Assembly: GCA_038496445.1 (NCBI GenBank)
Contig: JALMLS010000315.1
Location: 117,616-181,615 of the forward strand
Origin: Trichosphaerium sp. ATCC 40318
Taxonomy: Eukaryota; Protista; Tubulinea
Reading direction: 5' to 3'
DNA: 64,000 nucleotides
Below the pieces are notes generated by a model. That model was not told the DNA's origin. It searched no databases and saw only the letters and a program-made list of their open reading frames with translations. Shown here piece after piece: positions 49,176-61,875 of the stretch. The position numbers were made by a program, and so were the translations under genes. Each line of letters starts with the position of its first letter. The stretch's first letter is position 1.

Positions 49176-50879
49176 TCAGCGTCTTCTTCTTCCCCTCTTT
49201 CCATATCGTCTTGGTTTATTGCGCAGCTTTTCTCCAGTCTCCAAAAAGGTAGATATACGCTTTATCACCATCGATTTCTTACCTTGTGAATGTGGTTACA
49301 AATCGCTAAAAAATCACAATTTAATTCAAAGGCGAGGAGGTACCTGTGTGATCCAAATTATTTGATTTGCAGAACGCTTGCAAGTCAGTAACATTGTACA
49401 AGTTGTGCAAGTCATCCTTTGAAATCCCTCGCTTTATTTTTCTATGTTGTGGCGGCGGTTTAGAGAACACGATGTGGCGATGTAACAAAGGGAAAAAAAA
49501 AGATAAAGATCAATAGACGCACTCAAGCGGTGGAGCAATATAACGGCCTCTGTTTTGCTTTTTAGCGGGTTGTGTTGTTTTAGATCCTGAGCGCTTCCTC
49601 TTGGCGCGTGTAACAGCTTTTTGTTTTACTTTCTTCTCGGTGTAGTCTGAGGCCGAAGAAGACGAACTATAATTCGCTGATGATCCCTCTTCTGCGCCAC
49701 CGTCGTCGCTGTCATTTGCATCTGATGAACTCCCGTTGCGCTTTGTAGGGCGCTTTTTTTTAGATTTGGTCGTTGTCGTTGTTCTTCTTCCTCTTGTTTC
49801 TTTTTTCTACAAAAACACATTGTTATTTATGCACCACAATCCTAATTGTAATCGTACAGTTGATGCCTTTGCTTCGGATTCTTCCTAAAAAAGGTGTCAG
49901 TCAATGGTTTCTGGTTGATGCGTTCAGTGAATGAATGTAGATAAGGTTCAAAGTCTTCTGGTACCTCTTCTTTTTTCTGCAGTTCTTCAATCGTATAAAG
50001 TGAGAACAGCATTATCATCATCGCTTCTACGAGTTCGTCCCTGTTTGATTGCAATTCTACGTCGAGTGGGCTTGGATAAGGGCGTCAGAGAGATGTAAGA
50101 CGCTCTGTAACAGTTTGACGTACTCTGCCCATCGTTTTAAAAGCGATAGAGAAAGACTTTGAAGCAAAGCTTCGGTGCCCTGTTAACTGAGTTAGTAGTG
50201 GGGAAAGAAAGAATATATGAAACTTGTCGTTATAGAAAAACGCTTTCCTGTAGCATGACTTCATCGGCCACCTTGTACTCTGTCTCGTCTGAACCAGCTG
50301 TAAGAGGTGTAAGCAATGTAAAAAGGCATGTTTCTCGTGAGTTTCATGTGGTTGCTCGTCCTCCTCCAGCATCCGTACCTCCAGGATCCATCCCCAGGTC
50401 ATGACAGAACTTGGCGAGCAGTGTGGGGTTGCAATCCTCCACCAAAAAATCTACTAAGCCTCTCTCTTGCACTGAGTCAGCTAGGCATCTACTGGATTGC
50501 CTAAAGTGATTTATCAGGTGACATATTTTTTTTTTTGCGGTTAAACGTCAGTTTAAAAGAAAAGTGTTTTGATTGGCCGAAGATGTTCAAATGCTTGTCA
50601 AAATACGTGCCTTCCTTGTTTGACACCGCAGGAATGTAACGCTTCTTCTAAAGAGGTCCTATCAATCTTTTGGGCAAATCTGGTTATGCCCAAGCACAGT
50701 ACTTGCTCATGTATACAGTTCAAAGCCTTTTCTTTATCTTCACGTGCATTTGAGCTCTTTTTAACCTTTTGAACCTTCAACTGTACAAGCGCTTCGTGTA
50801 GCAAGGGTAACGGCAGTTTTTGTAATTGTTCTCTTAGTTCGCTTGTTAAATGCTCTTTCAGTTGCTGGATCTGCGCCAT
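49176..50879 (-). CDS. Hypothetical nuclear protein with helical repeats, basic/acidic disordered region and C-terminal SAP-like motif
   Basis: Spliced frame ends YNVTDLQAFCKSNNLDHTGKKSMVIKRI (SAP-like) followed by an NLS-like tail. Confidence 0.65.
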
Positions 50880-51018
50880 TGCAGCCTGTGTATGGCCCCA
50901 CGTAACCAAATACAGTGAATATCGACTTAAAAGTTTTAGCAAACACTGACTTATTACCATAAATATCGGTCTTTTCTGTACAAGTCAACGCTCCAGGCGT
51001 ATACCTACAAGTACCATA

Positions 51019-53477
51019 ATGGAGGAGCAAATCCCTTTAGTCGCAGACGAAGTACAAGAGCCTGAACCGCTAAAAAACGAACCTTCATTGCCAGGAGAGT
51101 GCGTACACGTACAGTTTTGTTTATTGTAACAAAAAATCTCACAGGGACATCAAAGAGGACAATGAAGGCGACAATAAACAGGTAAGCTACTTTAAAACTA
51201 ATGTGTAATGTTGACACTTTGCGTAAAAAGGCTGACGGTGTTGAAACTTCAGTACGAACTTTATTCACTGGTCCAGTTTTTACCGTTGACGGAATTCTAA
51301 AGAATGCTGAAACTTCCTTTGTTTCACGTTTGTGGACAAAGTTGCTCGCTACAAGCACTCCCACTCCTGAGCAAACGCGTGATGTTCAGGAGTCCATCAG
51401 TTCTTTAACGTCATCCATGACAGTCGCGTTTAATCAAACAATGAAACAAAGCGAAACCTTCTTCCAATCCACGTCAAAGGCGCGCCTTGCAAGCTTATAC
51501 CAACGCGCAGCTAATTTGCCTGAGTAGTCCTCAAAGGGAGTTGACTTTAACGCGACAATGGATGAATTCCTAGACAGATTACAAAATCCTAAAGCAGCAG
51601 CCTTGCTCAAATTTCTTGATGAGTGCGTCATACCGGTCACTATTGTTTTGGACTAATCATTCCGTTTTTGACGCGTCGCAAAGTACAATGAATGGCCGGA
51701 TATTGTTTACAAATCCACCCTACAACAAAACCAAGCCAGTGATACGCAGGTATATTTTGATTAGAGCACTGCTTTCATTTCTTCCATATTTTGAGTGCTG
51801 ACACGCTATCATATCAAGCCGGTAGTGCGTTGTAGCATTGATGCCACAGACGAGAGTTCAATGATAGCTGCATTTGATAAGCGGCAACAAGCCTTGCAAC
51901 GCCAACCCGTACGGTAGTGTCAAGTAGATTGGCACGTTGTTTAGTCGACGTTTTAGGATGATGCCACCCACCCAGATGTAACAGACGTAGATGTGGTCAA
52001 CGAGAAGAACACGCCCGACTCTGAGGAGGATGCACCACAAAATACTAGCGGTGCTGAGACGCCAGTAGCTGCGGCAGTTATGATCGATGAACCAGATAAA
52101 CTAAGAGCTGAGCAAGAGCGTCGGGGACAGCAGGTACCAAATTATAAAACTTTCGAAATCGACCAATTTACGGGTTGTTGCAGGTCCAAGCCTTCCTTGC
52201 TACAGCTGCACGCATATTCGCAGGTAACCACCCTTTTGTTTTTTTTCCACATTTTTACATCCCAATGTAGAACACGAACTGTGGCGAGAGGAAATATGGC
52301 AGGACGCGAACCAAGCTACAGTGTTGAGAGAGTGTTTGGAGCGTTACGTCCTCGTCAAAACATGGAAAAAGTACGCCGTTTTCTGAGTAACCTCCTCTGT
52401 AGCTGGTACGCCTAATTCCATTTATAGAACATACAGCCCAAACAAGGCACGTGATTGGCGGTTTTCCCAGTACCTGTCTAGCGTTCATTTTATTCAACCT
52501 GAGCACCTTGACGTCAAATTCTTCGTGTCACAAGACTTGCTGAACAAGTGTGGAGATAGTATGTCAACCTAATGACTCCTTGTCGTCACTCCACTAACGC
52601 TATCTTTCTCTAGTGCTCCTACAGATAAATTTCTTTAAAACGCCTAGGAATAAGCTAATATGCATTTCAAATGCGTGCAAGATTATATTCAGTATCTTTT
52701 GAACAAACAACAATCCTTTTTTTTCACGTCCATTTGTGACAATTTCCTTTAACCGCAACAGATGAACTCATAGCGTTAAAACACGGTGATAATGCAGTGT
52801 CTGCTGATGAATTCTTGCCTGTTCTGACGTGCGTTGAAACAAACTGTCCTTTTGTTGCGGTTGTTGATGGTTATCTGTCTCTAGGTACATTGTCGCCAAA
52901 ACTAATCCACCCGCCATTATATCCAACTTGGAGTGCGTACAATGGATCGCCGATTAGTTTATACAAATTGTTCATTTATTCTATGCATAGATTCATACAG
53001 GACTACCGCGCTGAGGAGGCAATGTTGTCGTCTACAGGCTACTTTTTCACAAATCTTTGCGTATCCATTGATTTCCTTCAAAAGCTTGACCCCTCCGTAC
53101 TATCACGCACTACCAAAGAGTACGATTTGTTTGCTATCCCAGTTTGCCTTGAAGTAATGCAGTTTTGAATTAGTGTACCATTGGAGAACGAATGGATCAT
53201 GATGACGGAGAAGAAGGTGGACAACAATGCTGCTAAAAAAGTGACGAAGCTCAGACGCGTTTTCAAACGAAGTAACAAACCCAAAAATAAGAACCCTCTG
53301 GAAGAAGAGACGGTTGACGTTCGTAACAAAGACGTTGATGCTAAAGCAGAGATGACAAAGAACTACAAGTTCTGGAAGAGTTGTTCTGAAGATTTGACTC
53401 CTCAAGACATCCCTGAATTACTACAAGAGTACAAGCGCTTAGCACTCTTTGAGTATAACACTATGTACAAAAAATAA
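51019..53477 (+). CDS. VPS9-domain Rab5 GEF
   Basis: FIQPEHLDV, KTPRNKLICISNAC, SADEFLPVLTYI, GYFFTNL. Confidence 0.9.
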
Positions 53478-53601
53478 TAAATTATGTAAGTTGGTATTGA
53501 GTAAAAAACGCCTCTAGAATAAATCCATCTGCTTTCCTTTTTTGGGTTCGTCTCATCTAGCATTCCTTAACCAAAAAGTTGTAACAACTGCACTACGCAT
53601 T

Positions 53602-55605
53602 ATGTCCTTCGATTTTGAAGATCTAGATGATATCTTGGGTGAGATAGAACAATTGGACGCAATACCGGTACGCACTAGCGCAAACGCCCCACACACCTAA
53701 GCTACGCGCAACGCATTCATTTGACACCCTCTAGGACAACTCAGATAATTCTGGGACTAGAAACCACATTCCGAACCCTCCAGCAACGCCACCGTCTTCG
53801 AACACGACGCGCAGTTATCAAGTAAGCTACATGTTCTTTTCTAAACGTCAACTATTTGACCAAAACGCCAGACTCCCTCCACAGCGCCGAAACAACGCAC
53901 AGGAACTTATATGAATATGGTAACTAGCACTAGCCTCCCGAAAGTGTAACTAAAGCGTCCTCTAGCCAAAACCGTTGGCATCTTTGAATCGCCCAACTCA
54001 AGTTGCCTCCAGTCCTTCTGACGCGCATGCTCGAGCACAGGAGCCAGATGTGATAACAGGTGAAGCGTCAGTGCCTACACTCGTCAGCAAATTCGAAGCA
54101 CGTGCATCACGCAGCAGCAAAGATAATCTAATGCCTTTTGCGAATAGAATTGGACCAAATTTAACCCAACACCAATGCCTACGCCAGGGCCAAGGCCGTC
54201 TGGTAATGGTAGACACACATCCAATGACACATCTACATCTGGTTGGGGAGACGGTTCGAAATACCAATTAAAGAATCAAGGCAACCCACTTCCTGTACAT
54301 TGGTTTTTTTTCAGGAGCAGCATCTAACCGTGTTGTATTAGACGGACACGTTTTGGAGACTGGCTGGATCTACGCATATAGCCCACGGAACTGAACCTAA
54401 ACTGGCTCTTCTTTGTGCTTGGGGAACAGGAAAACCGCGACCGGTTGATCTGACCAAGATATCCTGCAGCGTCAAAGGTAATGACAGTTGGACTAGACTG
54501 CGAAAATCAAGAAGCCTAAACTACTCACTATTTTCAAAAGGTGACAACGGATCATCATTCACAGGCATCCTATCACATATGAAACATGGTCAAGTGAGAA
54601 TCACTCTCAAAACTGGTGCCCCAGGCGTTTACACAGCGTACATCAAGGTGTATAGCGTACAGCTGTTCACCCATAGGTACCGCAGGCGTTGAATATTAAT
54701 ATGCATTTAACTGCTAACGGGTGTTGATAAGGTACGTCATACTCAAGCCGGGACAGGATCCAATAGATGTTCGCGTAAATCAAGATGGTAACGCTGGCAC
54801 ACGATTCCACGTTCGTGGTGATGGTACACGTTTGGTTTTAATAGGGTTTTTGAAAAATCGTTTAGATCCATGGTGACTCTTATCCAACAACTTTTTTTTT
54901 GCAGGGCTATCTCAAGGTATCGTTGGTAGGAGCGCTTGCTTTGATTTGTACATTATGAGGTTCGTAGAGTATAAGATAAGTTGTTTGTTTTAAAATGAGA
55001 TACTAGTGGGAAAAGCAAGTTGATAGACGCGCAAGGAGTAACAGTTACAATACAAGGTACTATCCACCTTTTCGGTTTTGAGATTGACGCTCACAATTAC
55101 CCAACAGGGCCAATGCAACCAACGCCGAATCTAGAGAAGTTAGGAACTGGCAAGTATGTCGTTTCATATACACCAACAGAATCTGGCGCGTATCACATAA
55201 ACGTGATGTGGAATGGCGAAAAAGTGTTTCAGCAGCCTTATACAGCACATGTACAATCTGGTGCTAGTGGCACACATAGTGTAGTTCACAGCTTGTCCGG
55301 TGTAGTAGGACTAAATGGACAAAATTCTTTTAAGATACGTGCTAAAGATTCGAGCGGTGCAGACCTAACACAAGGAGGAGAACATTTTGAGGTTAGTGCC
55401 TTTTTTTTTTTGACAACCAAAGATTGACAATTGTAAGGTTGGGTGCTCAGGCCCCTCTTCGCCTTCGTACCTACGCGTGCGTGATGAGGATAATGGCGAC
55501 TACGTTGTAGAATTTAGTTTTGAAAAATTGGGCAAGTACGCGTTTACGATCTATTTGCACGACACACAAATCAAAGACAGCCCTGTAGAAGTGGTATGCA
55601 AGTAA
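53602..55605 (+). CDS. Filamin/ABP280-repeat protein with N-terminal LD-like motif and Pro-rich linker
   Basis: GTGKYVVSYTPTESGAYHINVMWNG, FKIRAKDSSG...GGEHF, DEDNGDYVVEF, IKDSP; N-terminal DLDDILGEI. Confidence 0.82.
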
Positions 55606-55810
55606 GAGATAACGCACTACATTTTATATTGTACATTTGTGTAAACCCAAATAATAAGTACCCAACATGTTGTTGAACCGCGGCTTCTTTCTGTCCTACA
55701 TCGAGTGGTCCTTACTTCTGGATGGTAGATAAGGCAGCAATCGATAAGGCAGCAATTTGAAAAAAAAAAGATTCTAAAACAAAACCGACAAAACAACTGC
55801 CATTCACCAG

Positions 55811-56880
55811 ATGAGCTTCAAACTACCACACAACGCGTTGAATAGATCTCTAGATAATTTAATTGAGTCTGACAAGACATTGCAGAAGCTGGCGAAAAAA
55901 AAGGCCTCAACAACGAAAAAAAAGGGCCCTAAGCAACAAAACGTGCGCCGTTGTAAAGTAATTTACAATCTTACTAAAGATTGCTATTAGGGCACTAAAC
56001 AGAAAGGCAAGAGACAGGGAAACGCGAACAAAAATCAAAGCAAGCGTGGCGTACGCTCTAAACAAAGCAATGGAAATTCTTCGGGTACACGACGCCAAAT
56101 ATCACGAGGAGCACAACAACGAACACATATAACCAAAACGAGCAAAGCACGGTAAGTACGATTGCTCTTATTTAGAGGGTTCTGACCTTTCGAAAACTTT
56201 GTGCCGTTACGAACCATCATTCAACAGGAAAACTAATGAGCATGTTAGAGGCGGAAGAAATAAATCTGGGACAAAGGCCCCACAAATAACAATAAAACTA
56301 GGCGGTGTTGCTAAGCCAAGGCGTAAGCAGTACGTAAACAACAAAATTATTGACTACGGGGAAGCGTTTTTTTGTTTATTTGGTTGTGTAGACAACGTGC
56401 CAATCCAAATAATCTTAAAATTGCTGTAAATGGCTCAAATCGTAGAGTACAACAACCCAATCAACAAGCCCCTCGCCAAATGACGTGAGTAACAATTGAA
56501 AGTAATATTCGTTTCTGATGGCTTTCTTTAGTACCGGCGGTACTGGTGGCGGTATATTTGGTAGAGTCTTCAACAACAATAACAATGGTTTCAACAATGG
56601 AACGCAAGTACGCTTCACTACCAACCAGCAAGGGCGCATGGCAACCAATACGTTTAACGGCAATCAGGCAAGTTGCTCATAAAAAAAACCAGCAACAACA
56701 AATAACCAAAAACAAAAATCCAACATTTGCGTTTGCGATTTATTGTTAACCTCAAAGCCTTAGAAACCCCTCACATTGAGCGACAGATTTGCATCAAGGC
56801 CACAGCAGTTTAATGGTAACCATCAAAACAACAACAACTTTACACAAACAAGAAGAGTTTTGCCATTTGGTCGCAACTAA
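55811..56880 (+). CDS. Low-complexity basic protein with UAP56-binding-like motifs (UIF/FYTTD1/ALYREF-like export adaptor, no RRM)
   Basis: N-terminal ALNRSLDNLIE (compare LDMSLDDII) and C-terminal TLSDRF (compare TLNERF); K/R/N/G/Q-rich middle. Confidence 0.55.
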
Positions 56881-57095
56881 TGTCCATCATCCTCCTTGGC
56901 GCCTCACGTCTACACCCTAATCCAGCCTTCCCTTGTTGTACAAAAATTCAAAGACCGGATTATGAAAGCATACGCTGGTAGTTCTTTTTTTTTTTTGTTG
57001 TTTGTCTGTTTTCCATCTATGATACAAGCCACCAACGCCGGTCCCCTTTGCCTTGGTTATTGAAGCGACCATCCCTTCTAATTTTATGTACACGG

Positions 57096-59749
57096 TCAGC
57101 TTATGCAATATTTGTAGTAGTGCTTGAGCTTTACAATGTGCTTCAACACTATGAACTTGAACAGCTGTTGAATTTCTGGTGATGGTGATACAGCTTCCTT
57201 GGCCTTGTACAACGCTGTGCACAAATAACTAAAGATGCCCAGCAACATCCGAATCACATTGGACGTATCAATAGCCCAAATGATCCGAGGGGCAATGCAC
57301 AAGGGCGCAGGCAAGAATCCAGCCTGTAAGTTGTAGGTTTAGCATGTCATTCAAATAAAGTTGTTGTGTATAATTCGGTAAAATCGGCGTGACAAAATAA
57401 CAATAAATAGAACTTGCCTGGCGTAGAATCTCTAACAAATGTACTGTTGACGTTAAATGAGGAGAATCCGCTGGTGCAAGCTTCTTGGCAAGTGCGTTGT
57501 TCCAGTTGCCAATTGATATGGCTAGTGAGTGGCATGAGAGCGAGAAAGAGATGAGGTATGGAGCGAATTAAATTGAACAAGTTAGAAAAAAAAAAAAAAA
57601 GGTACCCAGTAGTGACATGATTGTCGCTCTGCTCATCAAAAACGCTTCTTTGTTTTGAGTTATTTCGCATAGTACTTGATAGAGAGCAGGACATGCCAGG
57701 AACAGTTTTTCAATGTAGAGATCTCGCTTGAACACGCTCTTCTTTGGTAACATTTCACTGTATTGCTCCGGTGTCGGGGACATGTGTTGGCAAGATACAG
57801 CTACATCAAGTATATGGGCCAATTCTTTCAAACTGGATTGTTTGCCTAAAAAAGCGTTACCGCCTGATTTAGTATGAATGCATCAAAATCACTCAGAATG
57901 GTTTCCACGGAGCGTAGTGTACCTATTGCAGGGAGAATGAAGCGCAGGAGGGATAAAATCGGTAGAGTACAGTCGGGATTTAGATTTTTTTGTTGTTTGT
58001 TTTCAGATCCAAACGTCAACCGTCGCTTTTTAAGCGCGTGCCGAACACTCTCAGCGTTGTTACTACGATCTTTGGCGCATGTGTCCCACTTGCGCTTGCT
58101 ATTCATTTGAGAGAGGCGTTTTACTTTATTAGTATTAACAGGTGAAGCTATACGAATTACGTTAGTGGCTTATAAAATTTGCTAGCAAGGGTAAAAAAAA
58201 GAGGGCGTGGCGTACCAACGGTACTGGCGAGGCTAGGGTGTATACCCCACAGTGTTAAAGGTACAACACGTGTCGTCGGCGTGATTCGCCTTTTGAATTT
58301 GCCGTTTTGTGCACTGAGAACGTGCGTCGACACCATCATTGAAATACATGTACTTATTGCATGTATCACGTGTTCGTGGCTTTGTACTGATTGCCGTACT
58401 GTAAAATACTGTCAGACCGAATTTGGCGTTGAGTAAATAGCGCAGTACCTAATTGAAATAGGGGAAAGACGGAGCGAAGCCTGCTGTTCTGGTGGTCGGG
58501 TTGGCGCAGTACTTTGACGATATTGCAATACGCACTCCACATCACCTGCAAGTGTTGTATGTGCGGTCTGCGCCTTCTACGGTCTGCGTAGGTGCAACAA
58601 ATAGCATGTGCCCTATTGGCGGTGTTGTCGTCGTGGTTTTGTTTTTCCGCTAAGTTAAGAGAGGTATGTATTGCCGCCAAACTAAAATAACGTGTCAGAT
58701 TCCCACGCTACACGTGTCGGTGCACGAAGAATGAGTAGTACCTATCTGAGTCCACTAATGCACCAGCAAAATTAGTCAGCGCTTTTACCTTGGCTGGTGC
58801 AGGCTGTTGTGCTATCATAGGCAGTAGTATTGGCAACATTCCTCTATGTGTGACGGGTTAACACAACGCCATTTAAACTGATTCAAGTTGTGTTGAGACA
58901 CCCTTGTTGATGTCGTACCGGTTCCAGTAGTTGGCTGTTGATGGCAGGAACCTCAATGCATGCTCTATGTTATCAATGTCGGCTAACTCGAATGCAATAG
59001 ACTTGAGTACTCCACTGTAGTTCCCAGTAGTCGCACGGGAGGTCTGTGACGGTGCAGTACGATGAGCTGCATCAAATACAGTGTCCAAGAGCGATACTAC
59101 GGTGGCTGAAATGACATATTGATGAGGCTTTTGTCGTGTAGCACACTGCAACTCAAACATGCTTCGCGCTAGCCTCAATCCTGGCAGCGCGTCTATTCTT
59201 TCTCCAGACAAGTACAGCAAAGCTGCACCAGTAATTGAGCGAAGTATGGGGAGGTTGAACGCCTGTAAAATAAAATAAGGGATCATGACACCTGACTGAC
59301 TACATGCATTGCAATTTGTACCGTATAAATGTCGTTGTTTGCTTTAAGGCCGTCCAGTAGACCGAGGATTTCTTTGCTGTAATGACACAGGTGAAACTGG
59401 TTTGCTGTAAATATTCTAACAAACTTATTCTCGATTTCTACTGCTTGAGGGGATGCGCTGTGAAGAGTGTAGGCGTTTGCAACATGTTCGGCGCGCAACC
59501 GCTTTAGAATAGGCACAAATGCTGTGTGAAAGAATACGTGATCGTTGTCGCTCTGTAGAGCGTTTAAAAACCACAAAAGCATTTCAGTTGCTAGAAAGTG
59601 TTAAATACGCCTTGTGGGCAACGTCTAATACCTTTGGCAATGTCTTTTTCGTTGACAGCCGCATTGTACTTGTCATACGCCTCAACAACGAACCCTTCCA
59701 GCTCTGCAGGGTACGCTGATGCCACCGCTTGAATTGAAGGGCGTGACAT
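57096..59749 (-). CDS. INTS5: Integrator complex subunit 5-like
   Basis: RDLYIEKLF..PALYQVL, LLAISIGNW, AGFLPAPL, VIRMLLGIFSYL and IVLKHIVKL follow the order and spacing of INTS5 C-terminal motifs as recalled. Confidence 0.7.
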
Positions 59750-59907
59750 GGTTCGCGCTTTGCGGTGGTACGCTTAATTCAACCTTGACGTATCTCAAGC
59801 CTTCAACCTTTGGTGTACGATGCTTCTGTTGAGCTTTCTAACGAACGATTGGAAATTTGGAGATATTTTGACCAAACTTAAAATCAGTTCAAAAAACTGT
59901 AAAAAGC

Positions 59908-60284
59908 ATGAGACTCGCTCTTGTACTCCTTTTTTTACTAGCGCTTGTAGTAGTGGCCGCTATGAGTAATAAAGCTCAAGGTAACGTCACGTTAGTAATA
60001 AATAAGCGAGTGTTAACGTGATTTAGGGGATTCCGCTGATAAGTACGTAATGATCCTTTTATCAGTTTCTAAGCAATTTAGGCGTTCTGCGGCAGAAAAA
60101 GCACGGTACCATGTTAATGATGTACCACTAGAAGAATTGGTGTCCCACAAGATAGCACACAGCAAACGTCAAAAAGTAAGACCTCGCAACACTATTTTAC
60201 ATAACATTAGCTTAGACTGTAACTATGAATGAATTGCGTGAGGCTGATGAAAGATTGTTGTCTGTTTTAAATAAGAATGAATAA
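59908..60284 (+). CDS. Small secreted protein (~83 aa, 4 exons) with signal peptide and two KR sites
   Basis: Exons 59908-59980, 60027-60042, 60082-60175 and 60216-60284 joined by canonical GT-AG introns; N-terminus MRLALVLLFLLALVVVAA. Confidence 0.7.
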
Positions 60285-60545
60285 AATTAATAGTTTGTAT
60301 CAAAAATTTGGAGTTGAAATTTATTGTCTTGTTTTAAGCCCAATAATACATCCCAAAACTATGCACTGTGGACATTGTAAGTATACAGTGCATATTTATG
60401 TGTATTTACAGAAAAAAATCCATTGGCCAACTGATTGGACATGTGTTCAAACAATTGGCATGATAATGAGTATTGCAGGTGACATGCAGAAGCAAGGTCA
60501 CCAATAGAAATTAAAATGGTAAAAATGGAGTTTTAAAGTGGCTTC

Positions 60546-60611
60546 ATGTCATATATGTGGCAAATAAACATCCAAAATGTGTCCAAAATGTGCAATTTGA
60601 TTTCACCACTG
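60546..60611. mobile_element. Truncated copy of the CAGTGG-ended MITE
   Basis: Ends in TTTCACCACTG and contains the same AAATAAACA/CCAAAATGTG subrepeats as the full copies. Confidence 0.55.
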
Positions 60612-60640
60612 CACAGGTTTTGTACATGCCAAAAAGGTAC

Positions 60641-60958
60641 CAGTGGTGGGATCGGACGACACGCGAATTGCATGTTTTGGGCATGTTTATTGCAAATATA
60701 CAACACACGAATGGCACGTTTTGGGCATGTTTATTTTTCATGCAAAAGGCACATTTTAAGCACATTTTGGGCACATTTTTTTTCCACACAAAAGGCACGT
60801 TTCTCTTCCACATGCTGGCCACACAAATCACAAGTTTTGGACACGTTTTGGGCACGTTTATTGTAAATATACAACACACGAATGGCACGTTTTGGGCACG
60901 TTTATTTTCCACACAAATGGCACATTTTAGACACGTATTTTGTCTGATTCCACCACTG
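60641..60958. mobile_element. MITE-like non-autonomous DNA transposon, ~318 bp
   Basis: Terminal inverted repeats CAGTGGTGGGATCGGAC ... GTCTGATTCCACCACTG; internal GGCACGTTTTGGGCACGTTTATT subrepeats. Confidence 0.75.
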
Positions 60959-61039
60959 ATGTGCCACATACAGATTATGTATCAGCATTATTGGCAACTT
61001 TAAGTGTATAGTTGGTCCAAAACCTACAATACTGGAATC

Positions 61040-61375
61040 AGGATTTTGACCCATACTAAACCTGTACAAAACCTTGCTTTGGTATGGTTTTGTACATACA
61101 GATTAAGTATAGGTCAAAAGTGGGTCACTCCTTGATGGCCTAACGGTTATGGTCCTCAACCCAAAATCCATTATGTTTGTGAGGTCTTGGTTTAAGTCAG
61201 TACCTAGGACAAATCATATTAGGTGGTGATTAAGCCTTTGATACAGGTTAGATACAAGTAAAGTACAGGTAAACGATGCAGAATCCATACAGATTAAGTA
61301 CAGGTCAAAAGTATGGCACATACAGGTTTTGTACAAGTCAAAAGTATGGAACTCATATGAGATAGGTACAGGGCA
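61040..61375. repeat. Degenerate copies of the ~35-bp GTAC minisatellite
   Basis: Recurring GTA(C/T)AGGTCAAAAGT and GGTTTTGTACA units. Confidence 0.55.
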
Positions 61376-61399
61376 GCTGGTAAAATTGTGTACAAGATA

Positions 61400-61550
61400 C
61401 AGTGGTGGAATCAGACAAAGTACATTTGCCTAAAATGTGCCATTTGCATGGAAAATAAACATGCCCAAAATGTGCAATTCACATGGAAAATAAATGTATC
61501 CAAAATGTGCCCAAAACATGCGATTCACATGCTGTCCAATTCCACCACTG
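61400..61550. mobile_element. Shorter, inverted copy of the same MITE flanked by a 3-bp ATA duplication
   Basis: ATA|CAGTGGTGGAATCAGACA...TGTCCAATTCCACCACTG|ATA; an empty-site copy of the flank is present at ~61893-61930. Confidence 0.78.
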
Positions 61551-61629
61551 ATAGTAAAACAATGGATAGGTGTATTGTTTTCTTAACTATTACAAGTACA
61601 TTTACATTACAACACATCAGTAGTAAAAT

Positions 61630-61875
61630 CAGGAGTACGGATAATGTACGGGTAGGGGTCAAAAAGTACAGATCCTGTACGGGTTTTGTACAGGTCGGAA
61701 GTATGGGTTACGTACGGGTTTAATCCGGGTCAAAAGTATGGAACCTGTATGGGTTGAGTACAGGTCAAAAGTACGGGTTCTGTACGGGTTGAGTACGGGT
61801 CAAAAGTACAGGTTCCGTATGGGTTTTGTACGGGTCAAAAGTATGGAACCTGTACAGGTTAGGTACGGGTCAAAA
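61630..61875. repeat. ~35-bp tandem minisatellite, ~6-7 units, each made of three GTACGG subunits
   Basis: Unit approximately GTACGGGTCAAAAGTACGGGTTCTGTACGGGTTGA, head-to-tail with no unique spacers. Confidence 0.85.

Noticed and set aside
55728-55756. Tandem GATAAGGCAGCAAT duplication upstream of the UIF-like gene
   Set aside because: Only two copies and no other support for a regulatory role.
60544-61003. Overlapping 106-148 aa ORFs on both strands
   Set aside because: They are translations of MITE internal repeats with no protein-like features.
61630-61875. ~35-bp repeats as a CRISPR array
   Set aside because: Units are head-to-tail with no unique spacers, there are no cas genes, and the context is eukaryotic.
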